From Mobula hypostoma (Eukaryota), in NCBI RefSeq assembly GCF_963921235.1, contig NC_086097.1, forward strand, positions 242,236,001-242,300,000: a DNA stretch of 64,000 bases, read 5' to 3'. The notes beneath the pieces are model-generated. The model did not search any database and was not told the DNA's origin. It saw only the letters and a program-made list of their open reading frames with translations. Both the position numbers and the translations under genes were made by a program. The first letter of the stretch is position 1. Every line of letters begins with the position of its first letter. This document shows positions 1 to 12,548 of the stretch, piece after piece.

Positions 1-205
1 CAGAAATTTTATGACAGAGGGGAAGAAGACATTCTGAAGGTATTAAGGTTGTGTCTTGCTCCCTGATGGTAGCAATGAGGGCATGTCCTGGGTGGTGGGA
101 ATCCTTAATGACGTACATGATAGGTTAATTATCAGGGTTGAGTTATGAGAAGAGATTGGAAATACCGGGTCAGTTTACCATGGGCAGAACAGGTTGAGAG
201 GTGAC

Positions 206-665
206 ACACACAAAACGCTGGAGGAACTCAGCAGTTCATGTAGAATCTATAGAAATGAATAAACAGCTGATGTTTCAGGCCAAGATCATTTTCAGGACTG
301 GAAAAGGAAGGGGGAAGATGCCAGAAGGAAAAGGTGTGGGGGGAATGGAAAGAGGCTAGCTGGAAGGTGATAGGAGAAGCCAGGTGGGTGGGAAAGGTCA
401 AGGCATGGGGAGGAAGGAATCTGATAGGACAGGAGAATGGACCATAGGAGAAAGGGAAAGAGGAGGGGGACGTGGGGGAGATGATAGGCAGGTGAGGAGA
501 AGAGGTAAGAGGCAAGAATGAGGGATAGAAGAAGAGGGAAGTGGTGAGGAAAAAAAAGAAAAAAATTTACTGGAAGGAGAAATCGATGTTAATGCCATTA
601 GGTTGGAGGCTACCCAGACAGAATATGACGTGTTGCTCTTCCACCCTCATCATGGCAAAAGAAGA
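206..665 (-). mobile_element. Penelope-like element terminal fragment with degenerate hammerhead motif
   Basis: acacacaaaacgctggaggaactcagc... followed by a purine-rich tract; same family as copies at 16440, 24595, 43925, 46680 and 49480. Confidence 0.7.
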
Positions 666-1704
666 GACAATGGACCAACTTATTGGAACGAGAATGCGTT
701 TAGAAATTAAAAATGCTATCACGATGGAAGTGCACAATATTATGAGATGTGGTAATAGGTTGGATAGCCAGAGTTTGCTTCCTCTTTTAGGAGTGTCTAG
801 AATGAGTGGTCTTAGGTTGAATGTGAGAGGGAGGAGAGTTTTCTCCAGGTCCTCCAGTTTCCTCCCATAGTCCGAAGACATGTCTGTTAGTAGGTTAATT
901 GGTCATTGCAAATTGTCCTGTGATTATGCTGTGGTTAAACCTGGGGCAAATCGAGATTGCTTGTTCGTGCGGCTTGAAGAACTGAAAAGGCCTATTTGCT
1001 GCTGCATCAGAATCAGAATCAGGTTTATTATCACCGGCGTGTGTCAAGAAATTTGTTAACTTAGCAGCAGCAGTTCAATGCAATACATGATAATATGAAA
1101 ATTAAAAATATATAAGTCAATTACAGTAAGTACATATATGTATATTAAATAGATTAAAAATAGTGCTAAAACAGAAATAATATAATAACAGTGAGGTAGT
1201 GTTCAATGTCCATTTAGGAGTCGTATGGCAGAGGGAAGAAGCTGTTCCTGTATCGCTGAGTGTGTTCCTTCAGGCTTCTGTACCTCCTTCCTGATGGTAA
1301 CAATGAGAAGAGGTCACGTCCTGGGTGATGGGGGTCCTTAAAAAAGGACGTTGCCTTTCTGAGCTACCGCTCCTTGAAGCTGTCTTGGATACTGCGGAGG
1401 CTTGTACCCAAGAAGGAGTTGACTAATTTTAACTTATTAAAATTAATAATAAATTATTAATTACATAAGTTTCTGTAGCTTCTTTTGGTTCTGTACAGTA
1501 GAACACCCACCCCAGACCAGACAGCTATGCAGCCTGTCAGAATGCTCTTCACAGTTTTAGTGTTTTAGATAACAACTCAAATCTCTTCAAACTCCGAATT
1601 AAATATAGCCGCTGTCTTGCTTTCTTTATAGCTGCATGAATATGTTGGGACCATGTTAGATCCTCAGAGATCTTAACACTCAGGAAATCTCTAAAAAAAT
1701 AAAT

Positions 1705-1905
1705 AAAGTACCTTCCTGTGCCTTGTTTGGTGCTTTGGGCAGCAAACTTGCCACTTTAGCACTCGTCTGTTTTACGAGGCCAATTTGCCAGCTCGATGCT
1801 CGACAGCAGCACAGATGGAAGGCGTGCAAGGGGTCGGCCAGATTCGAACTCGGGACCACTTGTTCCGAAGTCTGGGTGCGGGTGCCCTTACACCACCGGC
1901 ACAGC
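1705..1905 (-). mobile_element. tRNA-headed SINE with RTE-like body
   Basis: Minus-strand B-box gagttcgaatc; colinear with the + copy at 20545-20740. Confidence 0.6.
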
Positions 1906-2758
1906 CAAAATAAAAGAAGTTACCTAATCTTCAGCCCTGACTTCTGCATTCCAACACACACTTGTGGAGATCACAGGTGGGTTGATAGCAGGCAGAGGAT
2001 AGGAGGCAGCCACCTGCAGAACTGCTGACCGCGGTTAAATGCAATTATCTTTGACACAGTTCGAGTATTCTGCTCTCTGTGAATCAGGTACAAAGGAACA
2101 TAAACGGCTTGCTTTCGTGTGTGAGAAAAGGCCACCTGTTCAGACAGTTGGCATGACAGTACTGCTGTTGACTCATTAAGTCCAAAAGCAATACTTAAGG
2201 CGGTTGGGCTTGGCTGTCCAGTGAGATCAAAGTTTAACTGTTTCACACTATCACTGTATCTAGGAGAAAAGTACTTTTTACTAAATACGCAGTTACTCAG
2301 TTTTTCACTGGAAAGACTGAGGAAAAAGAATTGAAAAGTTCAAGTTTGAGATGTAAGAAGCAAATTATTTAGCAGAGAGGGTGGAGGAGGGAATAGGTGG
2401 AAAAAAAAAGAAATTTCTCTGTGACAAACAAGAGAAAGTCTGCAGAGGCTGGAAACCCCGGGCAACACACACAAAATGCTGGAGGAACTCAGCAGGCCCG
2501 GCAGCATCTATGGAAAAAAGAGCTGCCGACGTTTTGGAGCGAAACTTCTCTGTGAGGTGAGACTGGACAACCTGCCGTGGCAGATAAAATCAGATTAAGC
2601 TTCTTTGATTCCGTAAAATGGCACTGATGGTGGGGCCAGGGAAGATTTAAAAAAAATGGGAAAACTTGGCCAAAGGAGGGATATCTGAGGGGTAAATACA
2701 AGCAGGCTTTTTTCCAGTGACAGACTAGAACTAGAGGTCAAAGCTGAAAGGTGAAATA

Positions 2759-3999
2759 CAATGCCTATAAAAAATACTTAACCCCCCCCAGAAGTTTTCA
2801 TGTTTTATTGTTTTACAACATTGAATCACAGTGGATTTAATTTGTTTTTTTTTGTCACTGATCAACAGAAAAAGACTTTCATGTCAAAGTGAAAACAGAT
2901 CTCTACAAAGTGATCTAAATTAATTACAAATATAATACAAAAATAATTGATTGCACAAGTATTCACCCCCCCCTTTAATATGACACACTAAATTATCACT
3001 GGTGCAGCCAATATATTTTAGAAGTCGTATTAGTTAAATAGAGATCTATGCACAGTCAAGTTGTTTCAATTGATTGTGGTAAAAATACACCTGTATCTGG
3101 AAGGTCCAACTGCTGGTGAGTCAGTATCCTGGCAAAAGTACATCATGACTACAAAGAACATGCCAAGTAACTCTGCAAAAAGGTTATTGAAAAGCACAAG
3201 TCAGTCGATGGATACAAGAAAATCTCCAAGTTACTGAATATCCCTTGGGGTACAGTTAAGTCAACCATCAAGAAATGGAAAGAATATGGCACAGCTATAA
3301 AGCCAAACACCGCACATCATCGAAAACACACCAGCCCTATCGTGATGTATGTTGGTGGCTGCATCATGCTGTGGGGATGCTTCACTGCAGCAGGCCCTGG
3401 AAGGCTTGTGAAGGTAGAGGGTAAAATGAATGCAGCAAAATACAGGGAAATCCTGGAGGAAAACCTGATGCAGTCTGCAAGAGAACTGTGACTTGGGAGA
3501 AGATTTATTTTCCAGCAAGACAATGACCCCAAACATAAAGCCAAAACTACACAGGAATGCTTTTTAGACAACGAAGTTAATGTCCTGGAGTGGCCAAGTT
3601 AGAGTCTGGACCTCAATCCAATTGAGAATCTGTTGCTGGACTTGAAAAGGGGTGTTCACTCATGATCTCCATGCAAACTGACAGAACTTAAGCAGTTTTG
3701 TAAAGAAGAATGGGGAAAATTGCACTGTCCAGATGACCAAAGCTGAGAGAGACCTATCCACACAGACTCAAGGCTGTAATTGCTGCCAAAGGTGCATCCT
3801 CTGAATATTGACTTGAAGGGGGTGAATATTTATGCAACCAATTATTTTGTGTTTTATATTTGTAACTAATCTGTTTCACTTTGACATGAAAGAGTCTTTC
3901 AGTTGATCAGCATCAAAAAAAGCCTAATTAAGTGCACATTGATTCAATGTTGTAAAACAATTAAACATGAAGACTTCCAAGGGAGGTGATTACTTTTTA
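2759..3999 (+). mobile_element. Tc1-family (IR/DR type) DNA transposon, internally deleted and decayed
   Basis: Inverted ends of about 210 bp with an inner repeat (aagtattcacccc / ggggtgaata). Inserted at TA within a CR1 tail. Remnant peptides IMLWGCF, FQQDNDPKH, LEWPS.SLDLNPIENL. Confidence 0.9.
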
Positions 4000-4394
4000 T
4001 ATTTAAGGGGATCATGAGAGAGAATTTCTTCATTCAGAGGGTGGTGAGAGTGTGGAATAGGCTGCCATCAGAATTGGTGTATGCGGGGTCAATCTCAACC
4101 TTTAATAGATGGGAGGAGTATGGTGTGGTTGCAAGTCTATGGGACTAGACAGACTAATAGTTCAGCATGAACTAGATGGGCTGAAAGGCCTGTTTCTGTG
4201 GTAAAGTGCTTTCTGACTCTCTGACTAATTGATGGAAGGCAAAGATGCCCATTTGTCTCAGGTATTACCGTTGCCAAGGATGAGTTCGGCTGATGGCACC
4301 TGTTCCTGTGTGATGAAACTCAATGGCTCCATCAGAAGCCATCTTGGTCACTAGGTAACTGAATGAATGTGGGAGCTGGAACCAATCTCAGCAG

Positions 4395-4833
4395 CTTAGC
4401 TTTCTGCTTGCTACGCCATTGGTGCTGAGGGCAGCAATGAAGATCCTCCATCTCTGGCGGTGTTCAGGTCTTCCTTCATCATGCCAGTAGTTTCCACTCC
4501 GTTTTCATTACTGTCAGTCATGCAAGTCCCGGGTGTAGACTCTGGAGTACCATCACACTCAGTTGTAGAAGGATTTTTCATTGCTGTTTCCATAACTGAT
4601 TTGTTTTACCAGTCAGGGTTATTAGCCCTACACTGAGTCCTTGAACTGAACTCCCGAACCTAGAGAACTAATGGACCTCTTTTAGTCTGGTCTCTACCCT
4701 TTGACCTGTTTGGCATGAGTGACCCTACCAAGAACAGAAACACAAAACCCTGACTCCAGCCAACATAGCCCTCCGGATCATTGAGGCACGCAAGCCTCCA
4801 AACCACAAAAAGGTTGTGGTCCTTCTGGAGGAT
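4395..4833 (-). mobile_element. Non-autonomous bipartite RTE-derived element
   Basis: TSD TCTCAGCAG at 4386-4394 and 4834-4842. The minus-strand 5' part resembles an RTE 5'UTR (ggaggcttgcgtgcctcaatga); the 3' part resembles an RTE end with an aagc-like tail. Confidence 0.7.
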
Positions 4834-5074
4834 TCTCAGCAGAGGCAGTGCCAATTATACAAGGGTAGACATTTAAGGTGATGGGTTAAAGACCCAGAGG
4901 CAATATGGGGAAAAATGTTCTTTTACACAATGCATGGTTTGTCTTTGGAACATTATGAAACGTTTAAAGTGGAAGTTATAAAACATTTCAGGGTTCTTAG
5001 GATAGGGCAATAGTGCGGCAGCTGTTGGATAACTCCTGAACAATCTAATGCAGATTTAAAGGGCTGAACAGGCA

Positions 5075-6180
5075 TACAGGAGTGAGTTAGATCAGCTCGT
5101 TGAGTGGTGTCACAGTAACAATCTTGCACTCGAAGTCAGTAAGACCAAAAAATTGGTTGTGGATTTCAGAAAGGGTAAGACGAGGGAACACACACCAGTC
5201 TTCATTGAGGGATGAGGAGTGGAGAGAGAGGGAGCAATTTCAAGTTCCTGGGTGTCAACATCTCTGAGGATCTCTCCTGGGACCAACACATTAGATTATG
5301 AAGACACACAGTCCTCTTTTATTGTCATTTAGTAATGCATGCATTAAGAAATGATACACTGTTCCTCCGGTGTGATATCACAGAAACACAAGACAGAAAA
5401 ACTGACAAAAACCACATAGTTATAACATATAGTTACAACAGTGCAAGCAATACTGTAACTTGATGAAGAACAGGCCATGGGCACGGTAAAAAAAGTTCAA
5501 AGTCTCTCGAAAGTCCCATCATCTCACACAGATGGGAGGAGGAAGAAAACGCTTCCCGCCATGAGCTTCCAACGCCGCAAACTTGCCGATGCAGCATCCT
5601 GGAAGCACCCAACCACAGTCCGACTCTGAGTTGTCCAAAAACTTCAAGCCTCCGACCAGCCCTCTGACACCGAGCACCGTGCACCATTTCTGCCCAGCGC
5701 TTCGACCCCAGCCCCGGCCGCCAGCAACAGGAAAAGCCGAGGATTTGGGGCCTTCCCTCCGGAGATTCTTGATCACACAGTAGCAGTGGCAGTGAACTGG
5801 GCATTTCAGAAGTTTCTCCAGATGTTCCTCCGTGCTTCTCACGTCTGTCTCCATTAAATCAGAATTGTTTTTCATTCAGAGCTTGAGAAGATTTGATATG
5901 TCAACAAGGACACTTGCAAATTTCTACAGATGTACCATGGAGAGCGTTCTGACTGGCTGCATCACCGTCTGGTGTGTGAGGGTTGGGGCACTGCACAGGA
6001 TTGAAATAAGTTGCAGAAAACTGTGAACTGTGTCAGCTCCATCATGGGCTCCAGCCTCCTCAGCATCCTGGACATCCTCAAGGAGCGATGCCTCAAAAAG
6101 TAGCATCCATCACTAAGGAGTCCCATCACCCAGGATATGCCCTCTTCTCATTGCTACCATCAAGGAGGAGGTACAGGAGA
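5075..6180 (+). mobile_element. Rex1/Babar-type LINE 3' fragment interrupted by an unclassified insertion (about 5290-5865)
   Basis: Peptides WCHSNNLALEVSKTKKLVVDFRK, FKFLGVNISEDLSW and, after the interruption, LANFYRCTMESVLTGCITVW. Confidence 0.75.
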
Positions 6181-6926
6181 CTCCAGCAATATTCCCTACA
6201 TGATAATCGTACGTAATCATAATGATTCCAACTCCTAAGAGCAGCCTTTCATCCTTGGTTGCCCCTAAAAGAAAAGCCTTAGTCAGCTCAACCTTTCCTC
6301 ATAAATACTCTTTGAGCTAGGCAGCATCCTTGTAAATCACCTCCATATCCTCCCTAAGCCTTCCACGTCTTTCATATAATGAGATGAACAGAACCTGAAC
6401 ACAATACTCTAAATGTGATCCAACCAGAGTTTTATAGAGCTGTAATGTTACTTTGTGGCTCTTGAATTCAATCCCCTGATTCATGAAGGCCAGGACATCA
6501 TACGCCTTCTTGACAATCCTATCAACTGGTGTGGCAAATTTGAGGGATCTATGGACCTGGACCCCAAGATCATTAAATATCTAATCTGACATTTTTGACA
6601 TCTCTGTCTGTTGCTGTTCTTAGGAGTTGGAATCATTATGGCTATGTATAATTATCATGTAGGGAACATTGCTAGAGGAACAGGCTCAGTCTTTAGAGTG
6701 CTATGTGATGCCACTGTAAACTAGAAGATAAAACTCAAGAGTTCAAATTTTAAAGTACATTTATTATCAAAGTATGTACACTTTATACAACCTTGAGATT
6801 CATCTCCTTACAGGCAGCCAAAAAACTCAATAGAACCAATTAAAAGAAGACATCCAATATGAAACATTCAATATGTAGAGAAAAAGTAAAAGTCAATGGG
6901 GGTGAAGTTGATTTGAATGGGAAGGA

Positions 6927-7156
6927 GGGAGGAGGGAACGTTGACTCAGACCATGGAGGCCTGCGTCGGACATTTTCGTGCCTTTACAAGGCGCAGATTG
7001 GAAGTCTGTGGGGCGCCACTCCTCGCACGGACACTAGAGCAATGTGTGGTTAAGTGCCTTGCTCAAGGACACAAACACGCTGCCACAGCTGAGGCTCGAA
7101 CTAGCGACCTTCAGATCACTAGATGAACGCCTTAACCACTTGGCCATGCGCCCAAC
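6927..7156 (-). mobile_element. tRNA-derived CORE-like SINE, tail type A
   Basis: Head tggccaagtggttaaggcg and core gtgtccttgagcaaggcacttaacc on the minus strand; TSD ATGGGAAGGA at 6917-6926 and 7157-7166. Confidence 0.75.
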
Positions 7157-8139
7157 ATGGGAAGGAAGTGGGAGTATAAAGTAATCATCCTTCACATATT
7201 AACATTCAATGCCAAACTTCAGACACCAGTACCAACTACTAATTCAGAATTTACTGTGGTGATAGGTGAAATATTGTTTCTGCCATTACATAGTGAAAGC
7301 AAGACTATTAAATAGTTCCCTGGTAAGGTAAGTTGCACTCCTTACCCAAAAATCTACCTCGTTATGATATTGCACCTTATTGTTTACTGGTTCTGCACTT
7401 GGTCTTACACTTTATTCTGCATTGTTGTTGTTTTACCGTGTTCTACCTCCATGCACTGTGTATGAACAGTATGCAAGATAAGCTATTCACTGTATTTTGG
7501 AATGAAAAAAACAATTCAAATTCCAGTTCCAGGCTGCAGGACTCAATGACTCTTTGACTGACGGACCACATGAAAAAGATTGAAGCATTCTGATTAATTA
7601 GTCCCTGCTCACTGACTGATGCCTTAACAAAACTGGCCATAAGATGTACTAGACAACTCACCAAGGCTTGGCAACACCACCTCCTGGTCTCGTGACCACC
7701 GCCCCTGTGATATGTCTCTCACTGAACGAGATGGTGAGCATATTACATGAAATTTCATTACAATATTTCATTAGTGCAATATGTAGACGCTCCTTCATGT
7801 GATGGCCTCTCTCTTATGCAGCCTCCTACCCCATCCACAGACAGCCCTTCTTCTAATTGTGCTGCCCTTTCTCTTCAAGGCCTGATCTCTTTCCCCAGCC
7901 ACATCGTACTCACCTCTCACTGATCCTGTTGCCTTCGAGCCTAGGTGTGGGTACCTGGTTGGTTGGTTCCCTGAGCCTTCCAGATTCTGCTGCCAGGTTT
8001 TGGTGCTGGCTGCTCCCTCTACTGACAACCTAGCACCGAGAGGGATTGGTGGATCAGTGATTCATTGCTTCAACACCCCAGCTGGTGTGAATCGACAGGG
8101 ATGCTATCTAACTCCTTGCCGACCTGTGACTTCCCACAG

Positions 8140-8306
8140 CTGGTCACCTCAACCACTCAGTGCTGTCGTCAGCTCCCCCGCCATCTCTCATTGCCACTAC
8201 AAGAGCAAAGCTCACGAGCGGAGACAGGTTGAGCAGAAGCAAGCTAAAAGGAGGCTGATCATAGCCTTGGTCATCTGCACCCTCTTCATGGTCGGAGAGG
8301 TGGTTG
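8140..8306 (+). CDS. SLC30A8: ZnT8-like zinc transporter, coding exon 2 (N-terminal HCH motif and TM1)
   Basis: Acceptor ttcccacag, donor gtgagt. Encodes WSPQPLSAVVSSPAISHCHYKSKAHERRQVEQKQAKRRLIIALVICTLFMVGEVV. Phase 2 in, phase 1 out, as expected for SLC30A2/3/8 exon 2. Confidence 0.88.
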
Positions 8307-8612
8307 GTGAGTACTAATCTTTCCATAAACTTCACACCGGTCGTAGGCCCAATGGGCAGTGAGGAAGACTATCATAGCTTGCAAAGGGATCTGGGCCAGC
8401 TGGAAAAATGGGCTGAAAAATGGCAGGTGGAATTCAATGCAGACGTGTGATGTGTTGCACTTTGGTAGGACAAGCCAGGGTAGGACTTACGCAGTGAACA
8501 GTATGGTACTGCGGTAGGACAGAGAGATTGGAATGGTACCTGGTGTGGAGGGCTATGTTCCATGTGTGCATCGATAGAACTAGGCAGAAAGATAGTTTGG
8601 CATGGACTAGAT

Positions 8613-9396
8613 CAGCAGTCCCCAACCACCGGGCCACAAAGCATGTGCTTCCGGGCCGTGAGGAAACGATATGAGTCAGCTGCACCTTTCCTCATTCCCT
8701 GTCACGCACTGTTGAATTTGAACATAGGGTTGCCAACTGTCCCGTATTTGCCGGGACATCCCGTATATTGGGCAAAATTGGTTTGTCCCATACGGGACCG
8801 CCCTTGTCCCGTATTTCCCCCGCTAAGGTAGAGCGTTCTATGAAACCTTTTGTGCCAAAATGGCGTGAAGTGAAGAAGCAATTACCATTAATTTATATGG
8901 GAAAAATTTTTGAGCGCTCCCAGACCCAAAAAATAACCTAACAAATCATACCAAGTAACACAAAAAACTGAAAATAAATAACACTAACCTCTAGTAAAAG
9001 CAGGAATGATATGATAAATACACAGCCTATATAAAGTAGAAATAATGTATGTACAGTATAGTCGGGAAGATGAAAGCAAAACCTATTTGTGGGGAAAAAA
9101 AATCGGCACGTACGTGCATGCGCACATCATATGCACACGTCACGCACGTGCACACAGGTGCCCGCGCAAGGCTTCATGGTCATGGTAGTCTTTCCTGGGG
9201 TAAAGTGTCCCGGGATTTGACTGCTACTTTTGTCCCTTATTTGGGAGTGAGAAAGTTGGCAACCCTAACTGTAAAAGACATGTTGAGGTGAGTTTAACCT
9301 GACTTGAACAACCCCCTCCTCCCCCCGGTCAGCTGGTCTGCAAGAATATTGTCAATATTAAACCGTCTGCGGTGCAAATAAGTTTGGGGACCCCTG
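8613..9396. mobile_element. Non-autonomous hAT (Charlie/Buster-like) element
   Basis: TIRs cagcagtccccaac / gtttggggacccctg; perfect 8-bp TSD GACTAGAT at 8605-8612 and 9397-9404. Confidence 0.9.
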
Positions 9397-10569
9397 GACT
9401 AGATGGACCAAAGGGCCTGTTTCTGTGCTGTAGTGCTCTGTGACTCAGTAACTATCTGCTGCCTTATATCAAGGTGGGTATCTACTGACACTAGAAGGGG
9501 GGAGATTCAAGTTATAGCACCAAATGGGGCCATATATGGGCACGTACAGTAATCTGCAATTCTTGTTCAACTCCATTTCATCGATTAAAGCTTCGATTGT
9601 TCGCAATCAAAGCAACGAGAGAAATTGATACATCAAGGTGCATGTGGACGGTGATCACTGGCTGCTCGTCTTTTGATCACTCGCTGCTGGAGAGGGAAAG
9701 GCTTGCCACTGTGCCTGGAGAGTGTTACCCAGGTTTTCTGCATTTTGGATGTGGACCTGGACTATAGATTTTTTTTTCAGTCTTATAGTTTTTTTATGTT
9801 CTGTGTTTTTTGCCCAATCTTTCTCATTTTTATTTGTGCAGAGAGATTTGGGGATTGATGTGCCTATTCAGCTTCATTTGTTTTTTTTTGTGTGGGAGGA
9901 GGGATTAGGGATTGATGCGCCTGTTCTTTTTTAGTGCGGGAAAGGGGGAATTTGGGGGATGGCGATTGTGCTGCCTTTCTTTGCTTTCTTGGTTTCATGG
10001 CTACCCAGAAAAGAATTTCAGGTTTGTATACTTTGATAATAAATGAACTTTTGAACCTTTGAACTTGAGGGACACAAAGAGTGAGTTTGTAAATCTGGCG
10101 GGAGCAAAGGATGTTGGGAATAATGAGTGTGGAGCACCGCAGGAGGAGTGTGGAACAGGTGTCGGAGAAGGAGTGCTGGGGCAGTGGTGGTGTTGGTGTA
10201 GACACACCCAGCCCTGAAACATTAGGCAAAGTCATTCAGTACCAAACAATTTGTTACTGATGACTATAGAAAGTCTCTCTGGTGCTTCCCACTCCCTCCC
10301 CTCTCCCTTCCCATTTTCCCAACCATGATTCCCCTACCCATGCTCCCTTCCCACTCTCAGTCACAATAGACACCCATATCAGAATCAGGTTTATCATCAT
10401 TCACATATATCATGAAATTTGCGGCAGCAGTACAGTGCTATACGTACATAAAATCACTACAGTCCTGTGCAAAAGTCTTAGGCACCCTAGCTATATATAT
10501 GTGCCCAAGACTTTTGCACAGTACTCTATCTAGTCTGTCCACTCTCCTTCTCATGATGAGTTGCGATGT

Positions 10570-12021
10570 GATGTTGAAGAGTTGAGATGTTATCTTGAAG
10601 TTGAATAAGACTTTGGTGAAGTCAAATTTGGAGTATTGTGTACAGGTCTGGTCACCTACCTATAGAAAAGATATAAGTAAGATTGAAAGAGAATCTTTAC
10701 AAGAATGTTGCTGGAACTTGAGGACCTGAGTTATAGGGAAAGGTTGAATAGGTTAGGACCTTATTCCCTAGAGTGTAGGAGAATGAGGGGGGATTTGATA
10801 GAAGTATACAAAATTACAAAGGGTATAGATAGGGTAAATGCAAGTACATTGAAGCTGAGTGAGACTGGAACTAGAGGTCATGGGTTAAGAATGAAAGGAG
10901 AATATTTAAAGTCAACTTAAGGGGGAACTTTGCAACTTGAGGGGGAACTAACTAGGCATTTGATAAGGTACCCCATGCAAGGCTTATTGAGACAGTAAGG
11001 AGGCATGGGATCCAAGGGGATATTGCTTTGTGGATCCAGAATTGGCTTGCCCACAGAAGGCAAAGAGTGGTTGAAGACAGGTCATATTCTGCATGGAGGT
11101 TGGTGACCAGTGGTGTGCTTCAGGGATCTGTTCTGGGACCCCTACCCTTTGTGATTTTTATAAATGACCTGGATGAGGAAGTGGAGGGATGGGTTAGTAA
11201 ATTTGCTGATGACACAAAGATTGGGGGTGTTGTAGTTAGTGTGGAGGGCTATCAAAGGTTACAGCGGGACATTGATAGGATGCAAACCTGGGCTGAGAAG
11301 TGGCAGATGGAGTTCAACCTAGATAATTGTGAGGTGGTTCATTTTGGTAGGTCAAATATGATGGCAGAATATAGCATTAATGGTAAGACTCTTGGCAGTG
11401 TGGAGGATCAGCGGGATCTTGGGGTCCGAGTCCATAGGACATTCAAAGCTGCTAGCAAGTTGACTCTGTGGTTAAGAAGGCATACGGTGTATTGGCCTTC
11501 ATCAATCGTGGGATTGAGTTTAAGAGCTGAGAGGTAATGTTGCAGCTATATAGGACCCTGGTCAGACCCCACTTGGAGTACTGTGCTCAGTTCTGGTCGC
11601 CTCGCTACAGGAAGGATGTGGAAACCATAGAAAGGATGGAGAGGAGATGTTCAAGGATGTTGCCTGGATTGGGGAGCATGCCTTATGAGAATAGGTTGAG
11701 TGAACTCAGCCTTTTTTCCTTGGAGCGACAGAGGATGAGAGGTGACCTGATAGAGGTGTACAAAAAAATGAGAGGCATTGATCATGTGGATAGTCAGAGG
11801 CTTTTTCCCCAGGGCTGAAATGGCTAGCATGAGAGGGCATAGTTTTAAGGTGCTTGGAAGTAGGTACAGAGGAGATGTCAGGGGTAAGTTTTTTACGCAG
11901 AATGGTGAGTGCATGAAATGGGCTGTGGGCGGCAGTGGTAGAGGCGGAAATGATAGAGTCTTTTAAGAGACTCCTGGATGGATACTTGGAGCTCAGAAAA
12001 ATAGAGGGCTATGGGTAAGCC
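10570..12021 (+). mobile_element. CR1-type LINE RT/3' fragments (two adjoining copies)
   Basis: ORFs with SGVLQGSVLGP, FADDTK and LVRPHLEYCAQFWSP. Confidence 0.9.
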
Positions 12022-12023
12022 TA

Positions 12024-12548
12024 CGAAGGGTGATTGATAAGTTCGTGGCCTAAGGTAGAAGAAGTCAATTTTAGAAAACCTAGTACATTTATGTTTCAGC
12101 ATAGTCCCCTCCTACATTTACACACTTAGTCCAGCGGTCGTGGAGCATACAGATCCCTTCTTTGTAGAAGTCGGCGTCTTGGACCTCCAGGAAGTGGTCC
12201 ACAGCAGGGCTGATTGATAAGTTTGTGGCCTAAGGTAGAAGGAGATGAGTTATTAACTTCAAACTTTCTGCATAATCACTCAAAGAGTTGAACTGCACAT
12301 ACATGTAATGAGAGCTGTATAACTCATCTCCCTCTACCTTAGGCCACAAACATATCAATCACCATTGCTGTGGACCACTTTCTGGAGGTCCAAGACGCCG
12401 ACTTCTACAAAGAAGGGATCCGTATGCTCCACGACCACTGGACTAAGTGTGTAAATGTAGGAGGGGACTATGTTGAAAAATAAATGTGCTAAGTTTTCTA
12501 AAATTGACTCCTTCTACCTTAGGCCACGAACTTATAAATCACCCCTCG
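12024..12548. mobile_element. Palindromic mariner-derived MITE
   Basis: Flanked by TA; TIR cgaggggtgattgataagttcgtggcc; carries the mariner C-terminus DFYKEGIRMLHDHWTKCVNVGGDYVEK* on both arms. Confidence 0.9.

Noticed and set aside
228..881. Pro/Ser-rich ORFs
   Set aside because: Translations of the purine/pyrimidine tract of the Penelope-derived repeat; similar artefacts recur at each copy.
7262..7333. Strong donor AAG|GTAAGT at 7328 as the end of exon 1
   Set aside because: In the required phase the upstream frame reaches a TAG without any ATG.
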